A stretch of 64,000 bases of DNA from Promethearchaeati archaeon (GCA_013166775.1 JABLTJ010000001.1:160001-224000), one strand, 5' to 3'; counted from the first letter of the stretch, positions 38,195 through 48,464 are shown. Made by a program: numbers and translations. Notes: generated from the letters alone by a model not told the origin.

Positions 38195-38746
38195 ATGGAG
38201 TATCCTGGTTTACTTATTTCAAGTGCAAGAACTTTGGAAAGAAGTGCTTCAAGTGAGGTTTATTATTTATTATCAGAAATTCTAGGTTGCTCTGATATTG
38301 ATGTAAAACCTGTTAGAGAAATACCTGGGTTATCAATTGCAACTTTTTCTGATGACCCTATCCTTATACTTGAAAAAATAAGAACAGAGATTGAACAAGA
38401 TCAATCGTTTTTCCAATATACACTGAAAATAATACCAATTCAATACAGAACAAGTACATCACTAGACAATCTTAGCCAAATAGCTTTAATCTTCAATGAT
38501 ATAATTGATAATGATAAAACTTGGAGGATAAATCTTCGTCGTCGACATTCGCAGCTTTCCAGAGAAGAAATTATAGGTGCTGTAGCTGAAAAAATTACTA
38601 AAGGCAAAGTAATGCTAGAAAACTCAGATTATTACATTTATATTGAAACTCTTGGGAAATGGACCTACTTATCAATATCAAACCAACCTGAATTCTCAAT
38701 CTCAAAACTAAAGATTGATGAGAATAATGATACTTTTACTTTCTAA
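38195..38746 (+). CDS. THUMP-domain RNA-binding protein
   Basis: LKIIPI, TWRINLRRRH...REEII..VA, KV.LEN.D..I.IE.LG; likely start ATG 38195. Confidence 0.88.
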   Translation: MEYPGLLISSARTLERSASSEVYYLLSEILGCSDIDVKPVREIPGLSIATFSDDPILILEKIRTEIEQDQSFFQYTLKIIPIQYRTSTSLDNLSQIALIFNDIIDNDKTWRINLRRRHSQLSREEIIGAVAEKITKGKVMLENSDYYIYIETLGKWTYLSISNQPEFSISKLKIDENNDTFTF

Positions 38747-38829
38747 TCTTGAAGGTTAAAGGAAAAAATAAAAAAATAAAGGGGAAAGTTTTAACTTTCT
38801 TTTACTTATCTTAGAGGTCTCTGGCTTTC

Positions 38830-39000
38830 TTAAAGGTCTCTTGCGGAAACTGTCTTTCTTCCATTTGCTTTAGCTCTGTTAGCTGCTAACTTAACGATTT
38901 TAGCTACTTTTTCGTCTAAAGCTTTTAGAAGATCTCCACCAACCTTATAATCACCGAGTTCTTTGACATAATCTCGAACTTTAGATTGCACGATCATCAT
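38830..39000 (-). CDS. Short histone-fold protein (56 aa; truncated-alpha3, 'face-to-face'-like type), missed by ORF track
   Basis: MMIVQSKVRDYVKELGDYKVGGDLLKALDEKVAKIVKLAANRAKANGRKTVSARDL*: RKTVxxxD L2 motif; TATA TTTTTAATAA at 39075-39066. Confidence 0.92.
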   Translation of the reverse strand: MMIVQSKVRDYVKELGDYKVGGDLLKALDEKVAKIVKLAANRAKANGRKTVSARDL

Positions 39001-39308
39001 TTTAGATGCACTTCTGTCGGTTTTTGACTTACCTAGAGGGTAAGTACGTGATAACCTTGGAATCCTTATTAAAAACCTTTTCGGTCATGTCGAAAAATTC
39101 GCGTATTACAAACCGTCTAATTAAAGAATACAAGAAATTAGATTTTTTTAGGGCTTTAAACATTAATATTATCAAGCTAGAACTCATTTCGCTCTTAAAT
39201 TGCATTCTTTTAAGGATTCTGCCCGAGTTACAACGATTTAAATGCAACAGAAAATCGTCTCAAATTTCACTATAAAATGAGAGAAAAAATTGTTTATAAA
39301 TTAAGTTT

Positions 39309-40595
39309 TCATAGATTTTCGCTTAGAAGCTTTCCTAGTTTTCTAACACCAACATCAATCATTTCTTTGGGTAAGAGTGAGTAACCTATTCTCATTCCTC
39401 CTCTTATCACCTTCAGATGCTCTATTTTTCTCGCTTCTGGATCATATGAATGTCCACTAGGTGGATAAAAAGCAGAACCTGGAACAACTAGAATCTCGTT
39501 TGGGAGTAAAATTTCTTGGTTGAATTTATTGACGTCAAAGGTAAGAGCCTTTTCATCCTTTGGTTGCCACCAGATAAAGAATCCTCCTGTTGGATTAGTA
39601 TATTCACCTTCTGGAAAAGTATCTAAAAGCGCATTATATGCAGCCTCTTTTTGTCTTTTATATTTCTGAAGAATCGTGGGTAATTCCTTATCTATATATT
39701 TTACATAGTATAATTCGGCAATTCTTTGAGTGATTGTAGGAGTACACAGATCTAAATATCCTTTTGATTTTTCAGCTTCGTAATGAAGCCTATCAGGCAT
39801 AAATGTGTAACCTATTCGTAATGGTGCAGCTTCTTTTGAAGATGACGATGCATAAATAACTCGTGAATTATCTTTATCTAAGGTTTTTAGAGATGGAATT
39901 CTTTCTTCGAACTGCATCTCTTTATATGCACTATCACTGAGAATAATTACATCGTGCTCTTCTGCTATATTGTATAATTGTTCTCTTCTTCTAAATGGGA
40001 GTGTTGTACCTTTGGGATTGTCACTATCTTCGACTACGTATAGGATTTTCACTTTCCTACCAAATTTCTTTTCCGCTTTAATGATAGTGTCTTCAACATA
40101 TTCTGGTATCAAACCTTCAGAATCTGTAGGTGCTGTAACAACATGTCCTCGCTTTTTAACAATTGCAGTTACAAAACCTAAATATGCTGGTGAAGGCGTT
40201 ACGACAATATCTCCAGGATTAATCAAAATATCCAAGGCAATGTAAATTGCCTGCTGAGAACCTGTGGTTATTAATATCTTCTCCCAATCTTCAGCACCAC
40301 TGATATAATCTATTTTATCTCTTCTACGGATTCTTTCTGCAAGTACTTTTCTTAGTGAAGGAATTCCTGCAGTAGGACCATACTGAAATTCATTGATAAC
40401 ATTCTGCTCATCAGAATCATAGTAATCCGCAAGTTCTCTCAAAATCTCTGGAAAAATTTTTGTGGGGAGGTTTCCAGGTAATCCTCCTGCAAGATAATAT
40501 TTAGTTTTGCTCTTTAGTAATCTTCGTATTTCGCTTTCGGGGACTTCTTGTGTCCAATCAGCTAAAATCTTCCTCATTGGATCCATTTCATTCAC
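39309..40595 (-). CDS. PLP-dependent class I/II aminotransferase (LysN/Aro8-like)
   Basis: LAGGLP, QYGPTAG, ITTGSQQA, NPKG, D.AY, SSSK....LRIGY, GGFFIW. Confidence 0.9.
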   Translation of the reverse strand: MNEMDPMRKILADWTQEVPESEIRRLLKSKTKYYLAGGLPGNLPTKIFPEILRELADYYDSDEQNVINEFQYGPTAGIPSLRKVLAERIRRRDKIDYISGAEDWEKILITTGSQQAIYIALDILINPGDIVVTPSPAYLGFVTAIVKKRGHVVTAPTDSEGLIPEYVEDTIIKAEKKFGRKVKILYVVEDSDNPKGTTLPFRRREQLYNIAEEHDVIILSDSAYKEMQFEERIPSLKTLDKDNSRVIYASSSSKEAAPLRIGYTFMPDRLHYEAEKSKGYLDLCTPTITQRIAELYYVKYIDKELPTILQKYKRQKEAAYNALLDTFPEGEYTNPTGGFFIWWQPKDEKALTFDVNKFNQEILLPNEILVVPGSAFYPPSGHSYDPEARKIEHLKVIRGGMRIGYSLLPKEMIDVGVRKLGKLLSENL

Positions 40596-40720
40596 TCCAT
40601 ACTCAAGTATGTGTTCTCAAACTGTGTTCAATAAAATCTGTATATCAAAAAAACCTTTCCCTATCACACTATATAAAAAAATCCCGTTAGATTTTTGAAT
40701 TACCCTCTTAAATATGAAAT

Positions 40721-41893
40721 ATGGAGGAAATTGATGTTGCAATAGTTGGCGGTGGTCCATCTGGATTGCAGGCTGCAATTTCCTTAGCTAGAAAAGGTCA
40801 TTCTCCTATAGTATTTGAGGAACATCCAATTATTGGGCAACCAATTCAATGCGGTGAAGGAATAAGCTTAAACGCTCTCGAGGAATTCGATTTAGTTAAA
40901 AAGAGCAAATCCTTTGTTGTGAGAGAGTATGAAAATTGTAAAATTTATTTTCCTTCTAATGATGTTATAATGGGGGATATCCATTCTTATACAATAAATA
41001 GGGATATTTTTGATCAACATTTAGCAAAAGAAGCACAAAGAGCGGGTGCGGAGGTAAAACTTTCTTCAAAAATAAATGGTGCATATAAAAAAAACGAGAG
41101 TATAATCATAAAAACTACGAGTGAAAAAAAACAAGAATACAAATGTGAAATGTTGATTCTTGCAGAAGGACCACAAGGTCGTCTTGCAAGTAATTTGGGT
41201 TTTTCTCCACCTTCTCCTTTGATAAGTGCATTCGAGTATAGGGTAGAAGGTGAATGGGGAGATACACTTGAATTTTATTTTGACAAAGAAAAATACCCTT
41301 TTGGATACTGTTGGATTTTTCCAAAGAAGGGTGAAACTAACGTAGGTATTGTAACAACCGCAAAAGAACGAAAAACAAGGTTAGATAGATTTCTTGAAGA
41401 GAAGAAAATAACTGGAAAAAAAATCAAAATGGTGGGAGGTCAAATCCCAATGAACGGTCCATCTAACAAACTATATGACAAACAGATAATGCTTGTTGGT
41501 GATGCAGCAGGTATGGTAAATCCTATTTTCTATGGAGGAATACGATTGGCGATGCTAAGTGGGAAAATAGCTGGTGAAGTTGCTGCTACTAATCTTGAAA
41601 GAAAAGAAAATGAGTTTTCTTATTCCTGTAAAGAATATGAATCAAAGTTGAAGAAATATGAATTTATGAAAAAAGTAAATCTCAAGTGCCACAATTCTTT
41701 CTATGGTTTTTCTAACAAATCACTTAGTAAAATCGGAACTATATTTAATAATAAATACATTAATCGAATAGAAAAATTGGAAAAACTGGAAATCTTTTGG
41801 AAGATTCTTAAGAATCCTTCCATTTCCAGAAAAATTAAAGACTTATATTACATGTACAGAGGGTTTAAAATTGCAAGAGATTGGGGTTTCTAA
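40721..41893 (+). CDS. Geranylgeranyl reductase family FAD oxidoreductase
   Basis: GGGPSG, PIQCGEG, GYCWIFPK, VGDAAG.V.P..YGGI. Confidence 0.92.
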   Translation: MEEIDVAIVGGGPSGLQAAISLARKGHSPIVFEEHPIIGQPIQCGEGISLNALEEFDLVKKSKSFVVREYENCKIYFPSNDVIMGDIHSYTINRDIFDQHLAKEAQRAGAEVKLSSKINGAYKKNESIIIKTTSEKKQEYKCEMLILAEGPQGRLASNLGFSPPSPLISAFEYRVEGEWGDTLEFYFDKEKYPFGYCWIFPKKGETNVGIVTTAKERKTRLDRFLEEKKITGKKIKMVGGQIPMNGPSNKLYDKQIMLVGDAAGMVNPIFYGGIRLAMLSGKIAGEVAATNLERKENEFSYSCKEYESKLKKYEFMKKVNLKCHNSFYGFSNKSLSKIGTIFNNKYINRIEKLEKLEIFWKILKNPSISRKIKDLYYMYRGFKIARDWGF

Positions 41894-41938
41894 ATATCTA
41901 CAACCATAATAGTTAAATGTATATTAATTGAAAGAGGC

Positions 41939-42139
41939 TTGACTGAAATGATTATTCCAGTAAGATGTTTTACTTGTGGATTCCTAATTGCTGATAAATG
42001 GGATGAGTACAAAAAGAGAATTGATGAAGGCGAAGACTCCGATAGAATCTTAGATGATTTAAACGTGAAAAGATGGTGCTGTCGTAGAATGCTAATTTCT
42101 CATGTAGATCTAATTGAAGAATTTCTACCATTTACTTAA
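41939..42139 (+). CDS. rpo10: RNA polymerase subunit Rpo10 (N)
   Basis: [21 protein letters not shown]. Confidence 0.97.
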   Translation: MTEMIIPVRCFTCGFLIADKWDEYKKRIDEGEDSDRILDDLNVKRWCCRRMLISHVDLIEEFLPFT

Positions 42140-42255
42140 TTTTGCAGAAGAATCTAACTGAATGAACAGAAAGTTTTTAATCAAACCTTATGAGGTCTTA
42201 TTGCTCAAATATAGAGAGAATAACGTGTATAATTATAAAATATTGAGGATTTGAA

Positions 42256-42891
42256 ATGTCAGAAGAAACAGGAGAAAAAGCAGAAGAAGAAATGCTCCTG
42301 ATTCCAAGAGACACATATCTTGTCTCTGGAATTCATATAGGAACCAGTGTATGTACAAAATTCATGGAACCCTTCAAATACAGAGTTAGAAATGATGGAA
42401 TTTACGTCCTAGATGTGAATGCAACAGATGAGCGTATTCGTATTTCAGCTAAATTCATAAGTCGTTTCGAGGCATCAAGAGTTGCAGTTTTTGCCACAAG
42501 GCAATATGCATCTGTACCAAGTACAAAAATGGCAAGACTCTGTGGTTTCAAAGCAGTTCCAGGAAGATTTATCCCCGGAACATTAACAAATCCATCATAT
42601 GATGGTTATATTGAGCCGGAAATCGTTATTCTAACTGATCCAAGAGCAGATAAGCAAGCTTTAACTGAAGCTGCCTCTCGAGGAATTCCTATTGTTGCTT
42701 TATGTGATACTGATAATGCAACAAGCTATGTTGATTTAGTATTACCTGTTAACAACAAAGGAAGAAAATCACTAGCACAAGTATATTATCTTTTAACAAG
42801 AGAAATCCTGAGAGCAAGAGGAGAACTTGGAGAAACTGAAGAATTATCCGTCACAGTTGAAGATTTTGCATTCAAATTAATAAGAGAGTAA
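42256..42891 (+). CDS. rps2: 30S ribosomal protein S2 (uS2)
   Basis: GIHIGT, GRFIPGTLTNP, DPRAD.QA, P.NNKGRKS. Confidence 0.97.
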   Translation: MSEETGEKAEEEMLLIPRDTYLVSGIHIGTSVCTKFMEPFKYRVRNDGIYVLDVNATDERIRISAKFISRFEASRVAVFATRQYASVPSTKMARLCGFKAVPGRFIPGTLTNPSYDGYIEPEIVILTDPRADKQALTEAASRGIPIVALCDTDNATSYVDLVLPVNNKGRKSLAQVYYLLTREILRARGELGETEELSVTVEDFAFKLIRE

Positions 42892-42946
42892 CTTTTTCTC
42901 TCCCTCTTTTGAAAAACATTTTATTTGATAACTTTCTATCTCAGAT

Positions 42947-43909
42947 ATGGATATTGAAAAAGTAACCTTCTCAGCTCCAGGAAAGGTTATTCTTTTTGGA
43001 GAACACTCTGTGGTTTACGGATATCCTGCTATAGCATCTGCCATAGGATTACGTGCAAAGTGTTCAATAAATTCAACATCACTAGAAAAGAACTCAATTT
43101 CAATACCTAACATAATACCTGCTAGGAAATTCATATTAGGAAACGAAATTCCTGGTGTTTTAAAATCACTTGAGTTTATTGTACATCATATTCTCAAGAA
43201 GACAAAAAACCAAAAAAAACTTGAAATGGAAATTCTTTCAGATTTACCAGTGTCAGCTGGATTGGGATCAAGCGCAGCTGTATCTGTATCAGTTGCTGCA
43301 AGCCTTTTTTCCATTTTAGGTATTGAACATAATTTGGAGAATGTAAATGAAGTTGCATTTGACGCTGAAAAGATTATTCATGGAACTCCCTCAGGGATAG
43401 ATAATACGATTTCCACTTTTGGAGGAAGTATTATTTTTGAAGAGAGCAACATCAAACAAATACCAATTAATCTTCCATTATCTCACTTTATAATAGTCAA
43501 TAGCTTGGTTCCAAGGAATACTAAGGATTTAGTATATTCTCTGAGAGATAGATATAACAAAGATACAAAGAAATACTCACAGCTTTTTGAGAAAATAGGG
43601 GAGATTGTTGAAGAGAGTCAGAAGAATCTTAAGCTTGGAGATTTGGAAAGAATAGGTGATTTAATGAATAGGAATCATATCTTACTCGACGAGCTAGGGG
43701 TGGGGAACAAGCATATAAAGAAGATAGTAAGTATATTGAATAATCAAAAAGCATTTGGTTGTAAGCTAACAGGAGCAGGGGGAGGCGGGTGCGTAATTGG
43801 GTTATTCGAAGATAGAGAAAACATCAATAATGTAATTGAATTACTTCATCAAGAAGGATATAATGCTTTCATTACAGATATTTCCACACAAGGGGTTAGA
43901 CATGAATAG
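42947..43909 (+). CDS. mvk: Mevalonate kinase
   Basis: APGKVILFGEHSVVYG, P.SAGLGSSAA, HGTPSGID, KLTGAGGGGC. Confidence 0.96.
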   Translation: MDIEKVTFSAPGKVILFGEHSVVYGYPAIASAIGLRAKCSINSTSLEKNSISIPNIIPARKFILGNEIPGVLKSLEFIVHHILKKTKNQKKLEMEILSDLPVSAGLGSSAAVSVSVAASLFSILGIEHNLENVNEVAFDAEKIIHGTPSGIDNTISTFGGSIIFEESNIKQIPINLPLSHFIIVNSLVPRNTKDLVYSLRDRYNKDTKKYSQLFEKIGEIVEESQKNLKLGDLERIGDLMNRNHILLDELGVGNKHIKKIVSILNNQKAFGCKLTGAGGGGCVIGLFEDRENINNVIELLHQEGYNAFITDISTQGVRHE

Positions 43910-44717
43910 AGAAAGAATCGACATAATAAAACTAGGTGGTTCTGTAATCACTGATAAAACAAGTTATAAAAAACTGAAAAAAAACACACTGCAAGATTTA
44001 ATTAGAATAATAAGCATATGGGATAAGAAATGCATTGTTGTGCATGGTGCTGGTTCTTTTGGGCATATTTTAGCAGAAAAATATTCTATAGTCTCAGGAT
44101 ATCAAAATAAAGAACAGTTAGCGGGATTAGCACAAATAAGATATGATCTGAATGATTTAAAGCAGAAGATACTTGAGGTTTTTAATGAAAAGGGAATAAA
44201 TGTTCTTGATTTTCAAACAAGTGCTTTGGCTTACCAGAAAGCAGGAAGTGCTGATAAGGAAATTTTCATAGCGCCTGTTTTGAAAGCCTTGGAAATTGGT
44301 TTGTTACCATTATTGTCTGGAGATATACTCTTCACCGATGACGAATCATTCACAATCTATAGTGGTGATTCACTTATTGATCTTCTAGCCCAAAATTTCG
44401 ACGTGAGTCGTGTCATCTTTTTAACAGATGTTAATGGTTTAATGGTTACTGATTCTACTTCCAACATAGTTAAACTGCTGGAAAATGCAAGTTTTGAGGA
44501 ATTCAATAGAATTGAACCTGCTGATTATTCTTCTGAAGGAAAGGCTGACGTTACAGGTGGTATGCTTGGAAAGATTGACACTATTAAAGCAATTCTCAAT
44601 AATGTGGATGAAATCATTATCGTTAATGGAAATTATCCTGAGAGAATTCAAAAAATACTTGATCGTGATAGAACAATTTGTACTGTAATCACAGGAAGAA
44701 AATCTACAAAAAGATAA
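43902..44717 (+). CDS. ipk: Isopentenyl phosphate kinase
   Basis: KLGGSVITDK, VHGAGSFGH, SGD, DVTGGM.GK; start ATG 43902. Confidence 0.95.
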   Translation: MNRERIDIIKLGGSVITDKTSYKKLKKNTLQDLIRIISIWDKKCIVVHGAGSFGHILAEKYSIVSGYQNKEQLAGLAQIRYDLNDLKQKILEVFNEKGINVLDFQTSALAYQKAGSADKEIFIAPVLKALEIGLLPLLSGDILFTDDESFTIYSGDSLIDLLAQNFDVSRVIFLTDVNGLMVTDSTSNIVKLLENASFEEFNRIEPADYSSEGKADVTGGMLGKIDTIKAILNNVDEIIIVNGNYPERIQKILDRDRTICTVITGRKSTKR

Positions 44718-44747
44718 GTCTTTTAAACTCAATATAAATTCTGTTTA

Positions 44748-44782
44748 TACCTAATGAAGGCACTTTCTTGGTGTCCGAGGTG
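44748..44782 (+). promoter_or_regulatory. K-turn in rpl7ae 5' UTR overlapping the SD (autoregulatory element)
   Basis: TACC-TAAT-GA-AGGCAC / GTGTCC-GA-GGTG: C-stem, bulge, tandem G.A pairs, NC-stem; GAGGTGA SD in 3' strand; TATA at 44721. Confidence 0.7.
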
Positions 44783-44789
44783 AAATAAA

Positions 44790-45149
44790 ATGTATAAGAA
44801 GTTTGATATTCCTGAAGAAATTATTAAGGAGTCTTTGAATATTTTAGAGACTGCATCAAAAACTGGACAAATTAGAAAAGGAACAAATGAAGTTACCAAA
44901 GCTATTGAACGTGGTACTGCAAAATTAGTTTACATTGCAGAAGATGTAACTCCACCTGAGATTGTTATGCATCTCCCATTGCTGTGTGAAGAACACAAGA
45001 TTTCTTTCACATTCGTAGCAACAAAGGATGATTTGGGAAAAGCTGCTAGTCTTAAGGTTGGCTCCGCTTCAGTTGCTATAGTTAATGCTGGTGAAGCAAA
45101 AAACGCTTTGAAAGGATTAAATAGTAAATTGGACGAATTCAGAAAGTAG
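44790..45149 (+). CDS. rpl7ae: 50S ribosomal protein L7Ae (eL8)
   Basis: KGTNEVTKAIERG, IAEDV.PPEIV.HLP.LCEE. Confidence 0.97.
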   Translation: MYKKFDIPEEIIKESLNILETASKTGQIRKGTNEVTKAIERGTAKLVYIAEDVTPPEIVMHLPLLCEEHKISFTFVATKDDLGKAASLKVGSASVAIVNAGEAKNALKGLNSKLDEFRK

Positions 45150-45154
45150 ATTAG

Positions 45155-45391
45155 GTGAATTTAATGAGCTCAAAATCTAGAGGCGATGACGAAGCTATTC
45201 CTGCAGAAATTATTCAGGTTCTTGATAGGACAGGAAGTGTAGGAGAAGTAACACAAGCAAGAGTAAAAGTGTTAGAAGGACGAGACAAGAATCGTATCCT
45301 CACTCGAAACCTGAAAGGCCCCATCAGAAAAGGGGACATTATAATGCTTAGGGAAACAGAGAGAGAAGCAAAGAAGATACGAAGAAGGTAA
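45155..45391 (+). CDS. rps28e: 30S ribosomal protein S28e
   Basis: [22 protein letters not shown]. Confidence 0.97.
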   Translation: MNLMSSKSRGDDEAIPAEIIQVLDRTGSVGEVTQARVKVLEGRDKNRILTRNLKGPIRKGDIIMLRETEREAKKIRRR

Positions 45392-45401
45392 GTGATAAAC
45401 A

Positions 45402-45593
45402 ATGTCAAGAAGATCAAGAAAATGCTCATTCTGCGGAAAGGAAATTGAAACTGGAAGAGGCATGCTATTTGTTCAAAGAGCAGGTTCTGTTCTATATTTT
45501 TGCTCCAATAAATGCAAAAAATCTCAAATTAAGCATAAAAGAGATCCAAAGAAATTAAAATGGACAGAAAGGTACGAAAGAAAAATCATGTAA
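45402..45593 (+). CDS. rpl24e: 50S ribosomal protein L24e
   Basis: CSFCG.EI..G.G, FCS.KC, P.KLKWT. Confidence 0.97.
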   Translation: MSRRSRKCSFCGKEIETGRGMLFVQRAGSVLYFCSNKCKKSQIKHKRDPKKLKWTERYERKIM

Positions 45594-45713
45594 ATATCTT
45601 CTTTACCTACTTCTTTTCATTTATTCTCAAAGAAAATTTTTCATTTTTATTGTTCAAAACAATTAATTTTTAATCTCCTTCAAAAAAGTTCCTTAATTAT
45701 AAGGTGAATAAGA

Positions 45714-46163
45714 TTGGAAAAAGAATTTATCATGATTAAGCCCGATGGAGTACAAAGAGGATTAGTTGGAGAAGTAATTAGAAGAATAGAGAAAGTAGGC
45801 TTCAAAATTATTGCAATGAAATTACATAAAGTTACAATGGAACAAGCTGAAAAACATTATGCAATACACAAAGGAAAACCATTCTATGAAGGACTGCTAG
45901 AATATATCACAAGCGGACCTGTGGTTTCAATGATAGTTGAAGGAAAGGAAGCAGTCAAAATAACTAGAAAAATTGTTGGTGCAACTAATCCAGTTGACGC
46001 AGAGCCGGGGTCAATTCGAGGAGATTATTCATTGGAAATTGGTAGAAATATAATTCATGCTGCTGATTCACCTGAAAATGCTATTATTGAATACAAGATT
46101 TACTTTGCTGAAGAAGAATTTGAAGTTTATCAAAAAAGCGATGAAGTTTGGATATATGAGTGA
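45714..46163 (+). CDS. ndk: Nucleoside diphosphate kinase
   Basis: IKPDGVQRGL, GATNP, PGSIRGD, NIIHAADS. Confidence 0.97.
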   Translation: MEKEFIMIKPDGVQRGLVGEVIRRIEKVGFKIIAMKLHKVTMEQAEKHYAIHKGKPFYEGLLEYITSGPVVSMIVEGKEAVKITRKIVGATNPVDAEPGSIRGDYSLEIGRNIIHAADSPENAIIEYKIYFAEEEFEVYQKSDEVWIYE

Positions 46164-46232
46164 ATTATAGAACATTATTGTTCTCTTCGTCTTTTGTTTT
46201 AAAAAAAAATAAATTGTGATTTTCACAATTCA

Positions 46233-48464
46233 TCACTTTTTAATAAGAAATTTGAGCTTTCCTTTCTTGTTAAGATAGAAAAATGCTCCAGTACCACCTC
46301 CAAGTACTATCACTGGTATTGTGAGACCAAGAGCTAACGCTGTAGCAGGAAATTTAGGATAACTACTTGAATTGAGCGGATCTGTTCCTTTCTTTATTTC
46401 TTTGCCATCTGAATAACCGTCTCCATCAGTGTCTTCATTAAATGGATCAGTTCCGTATGTAAATTCCTCAAGATTAGTTAAATCATCTTTATCAGGGTCC
46501 TCAGCTGAATCATTCACTAAAGCATCAGTCCCATAAAAAACTTCCCAGAAATCATTCATACCATCGTCATCGCTATCATTGTCGAGTGGATCTGTTCCAT
46601 GAATATTTACCTCATCACCATCAATTAGATTATCGTCATCGCTGTCATCATCAAGTGGGTCAGTTCCATAATCAATGATCTCTTCTCCATCTAGGAGCTT
46701 ATCGTCATCAGTGTCATTATAGAAAGGATCTGTTCCATAATCAAATATTTCCTCGAGGTCATCTATTCTGTCTTTATCTGTATCACTTGATGGATAGTGA
46801 TCAAAAATAGGATCCCCTTCGCTGTAGATATAATAACTTCCAACGCCATTCCAGTCATCCCAGTAATTCCCTTCAAGCAAAAAAGCATCATACCATGTGT
46901 TTTCTGTTCCCTCATCCCTGGCTTGTGAAGAAAGCGTGATGCTATTGTTAAAGAATATGTTGTGGTCTATTTTATTGTACTCTGATAAATAATCTAAAGT
47001 TATTGCATAATTTAGATCATCTATTATTTTTGCATTATTTAGGAAAATATTATACCTTATTGTGCTATTATCTGCATCTTCAAAGTATATTCCAATTTCC
47101 AGATTATCATAGAATTTATTATAGTTTATTGTACAATTAGATAAATCAGAAGCATCTATTCCTATGGAATTATTAAAAAAGACATTGTTTGATATTATTG
47201 CATTATCACTTTCATCAATTACCAGAGCAGTTTCACTGTTATCTTCAAAACTATTATTCATTACTTGTATACAATGCTGTGTATAAAGTTCTATTCCCCA
47301 TCTATTGTTTCTGAAGGTGTTTCCAGTTATATTTGCTTCTAATACATAATTCATTTCACTTGACGACGCTGAAATTCCTGTATTCTCATTATTCTGAAAT
47401 ATATTATCTGCTATTTCTATGTAAAAAGTATCTTCTAATTCCAAACCTCTAACATTGTTATAGAATCCATTATCATGTATAAATGTATAATTCGATTTCT
47501 GAATATCTATCCCTTCTTCATTTTGTGCAAGATAGCAATTTTGAATTTCCGCACTATTCGATCCAACTATTTTCATTGCGTAATTCACTTGCTCAATATT
47601 CTGGTTAGTTATCTTGATATCTGAACAATCGAAAATGAATAATTGACCATATATACTTTGATCTATGATAATTGAATTTTGACCTTTGAAAAAACCATGA
47701 AGCTTATCATTAACATAATTATTCTCGAAGTTATATAAAAGATAATCATCTATTGAATACTCTTCTATATACATTCCACCATTATAGATTCTATTGTTGG
47801 TTATTTCAGAATTAAGTGCTGATCTTAATCCTATACAATCATCTTGTTTTGTTCCATATATTTTATTATTATCAATTTTACAATTGTTGGAATTAAAAAT
47901 GAAAACTGGTCTATTAGAAGTGCATTCTCTAATTTCATTGTTTGATATAGTTGTGTTATGTGCTTCTCTTGTATATATAGCTTCATTATTTTTCTGCATA
48001 GTATTATTATCTATTATACAACCTTCTATCCACATAAGCTGGATCGCTCTGTTTCCATTGTTTACAATGGTATTGTTCACAATTTTAGCAGTAAAAGGAC
48101 CAACATAAGAGAAGTAGATACCATCATTATCAGCATCAACATAACAATTTCTTAGTATGAAATGTTCATTTGTTTGTCTAATGGAGATTCCTCTAGAATC
48201 TGTTGTCGTGACATTATAATTCTCAATGATATAAGGATTGATTTCCGACCCATTTCCAGAAGTTGCATAAGTTGTGAAATCACTATCCGAATTAATAGTT
48301 ATGTTATCTATAGAGACTAAAGATTTGATTTGAATAGGTATATGGTAATTCCCTGTTTCTGCTATTATGTCTGTTTTTTCTGAATAAATATTCAATTGTA
48401 GTATAATCAAAAAACAAATTATGAACCCTATATGCATTTTTTTTATTTTTATTCTTTTATTCAT
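46233..48464 (-). CDS. Surface protein: signal peptide, parallel beta-helix (NosD), Asp-rich Ca-binding TSP3-like repeats, C-terminal TM
   Basis: NN.F.NN..GI repeats, GNYWDDW, about six DxDxDxLxDxxE..YGTDP repeats. Confidence 0.88.
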   Translation of the reverse strand: MNKRIKIKKMHIGFIICFLIILQLNIYSEKTDIIAETGNYHIPIQIKSLVSIDNITINSDSDFTTYATSGNGSEINPYIIENYNVTTTDSRGISIRQTNEHFILRNCYVDADNDGIYFSYVGPFTAKIVNNTIVNNGNRAIQLMWIEGCIIDNNTMQKNNEAIYTREAHNTTISNNEIRECTSNRPVFIFNSNNCKIDNNKIYGTKQDDCIGLRSALNSEITNNRIYNGGMYIEEYSIDDYLLYNFENNYVNDKLHGFFKGQNSIIIDQSIYGQLFIFDCSDIKITNQNIEQVNYAMKIVGSNSAEIQNCYLAQNEEGIDIQKSNYTFIHDNGFYNNVRGLELEDTFYIEIADNIFQNNENTGISASSSEMNYVLEANITGNTFRNNRWGIELYTQHCIQVMNNSFEDNSETALVIDESDNAIISNNVFFNNSIGIDASDLSNCTINYNKFYDNLEIGIYFEDADNSTIRYNIFLNNAKIIDDLNYAITLDYLSEYNKIDHNIFFNNSITLSSQARDEGTENTWYDAFLLEGNYWDDWNGVGSYYIYSEGDPIFDHYPSSDTDKDRIDDLEEIFDYGTDPFYNDTDDDKLLDGEEIIDYGTDPLDDDSDDDNLIDGDEVNIHGTDPLDNDSDDDGMNDFWEVFYGTDALVNDSAEDPDKDDLTNLEEFTYGTDPFNEDTDGDGYSDGKEIKKGTDPLNSSSYPKFPATALALGLTIPVIVLGGGTGAFFYLNKKGKLKFLIKK

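Noticed and set aside
39001-39084. In-frame basic extension upstream of the histone (RTYPLGKSKTDRSASK), resembling an N-terminal tail
   Set aside because: No ATG/GTG/TTG before the upstream stop, and the predicted TSS lies inside it.
39006-39275. Two overlapping small ORFs (+ and -)
   Set aside because: They lie over the histone promoter region; no protein features.
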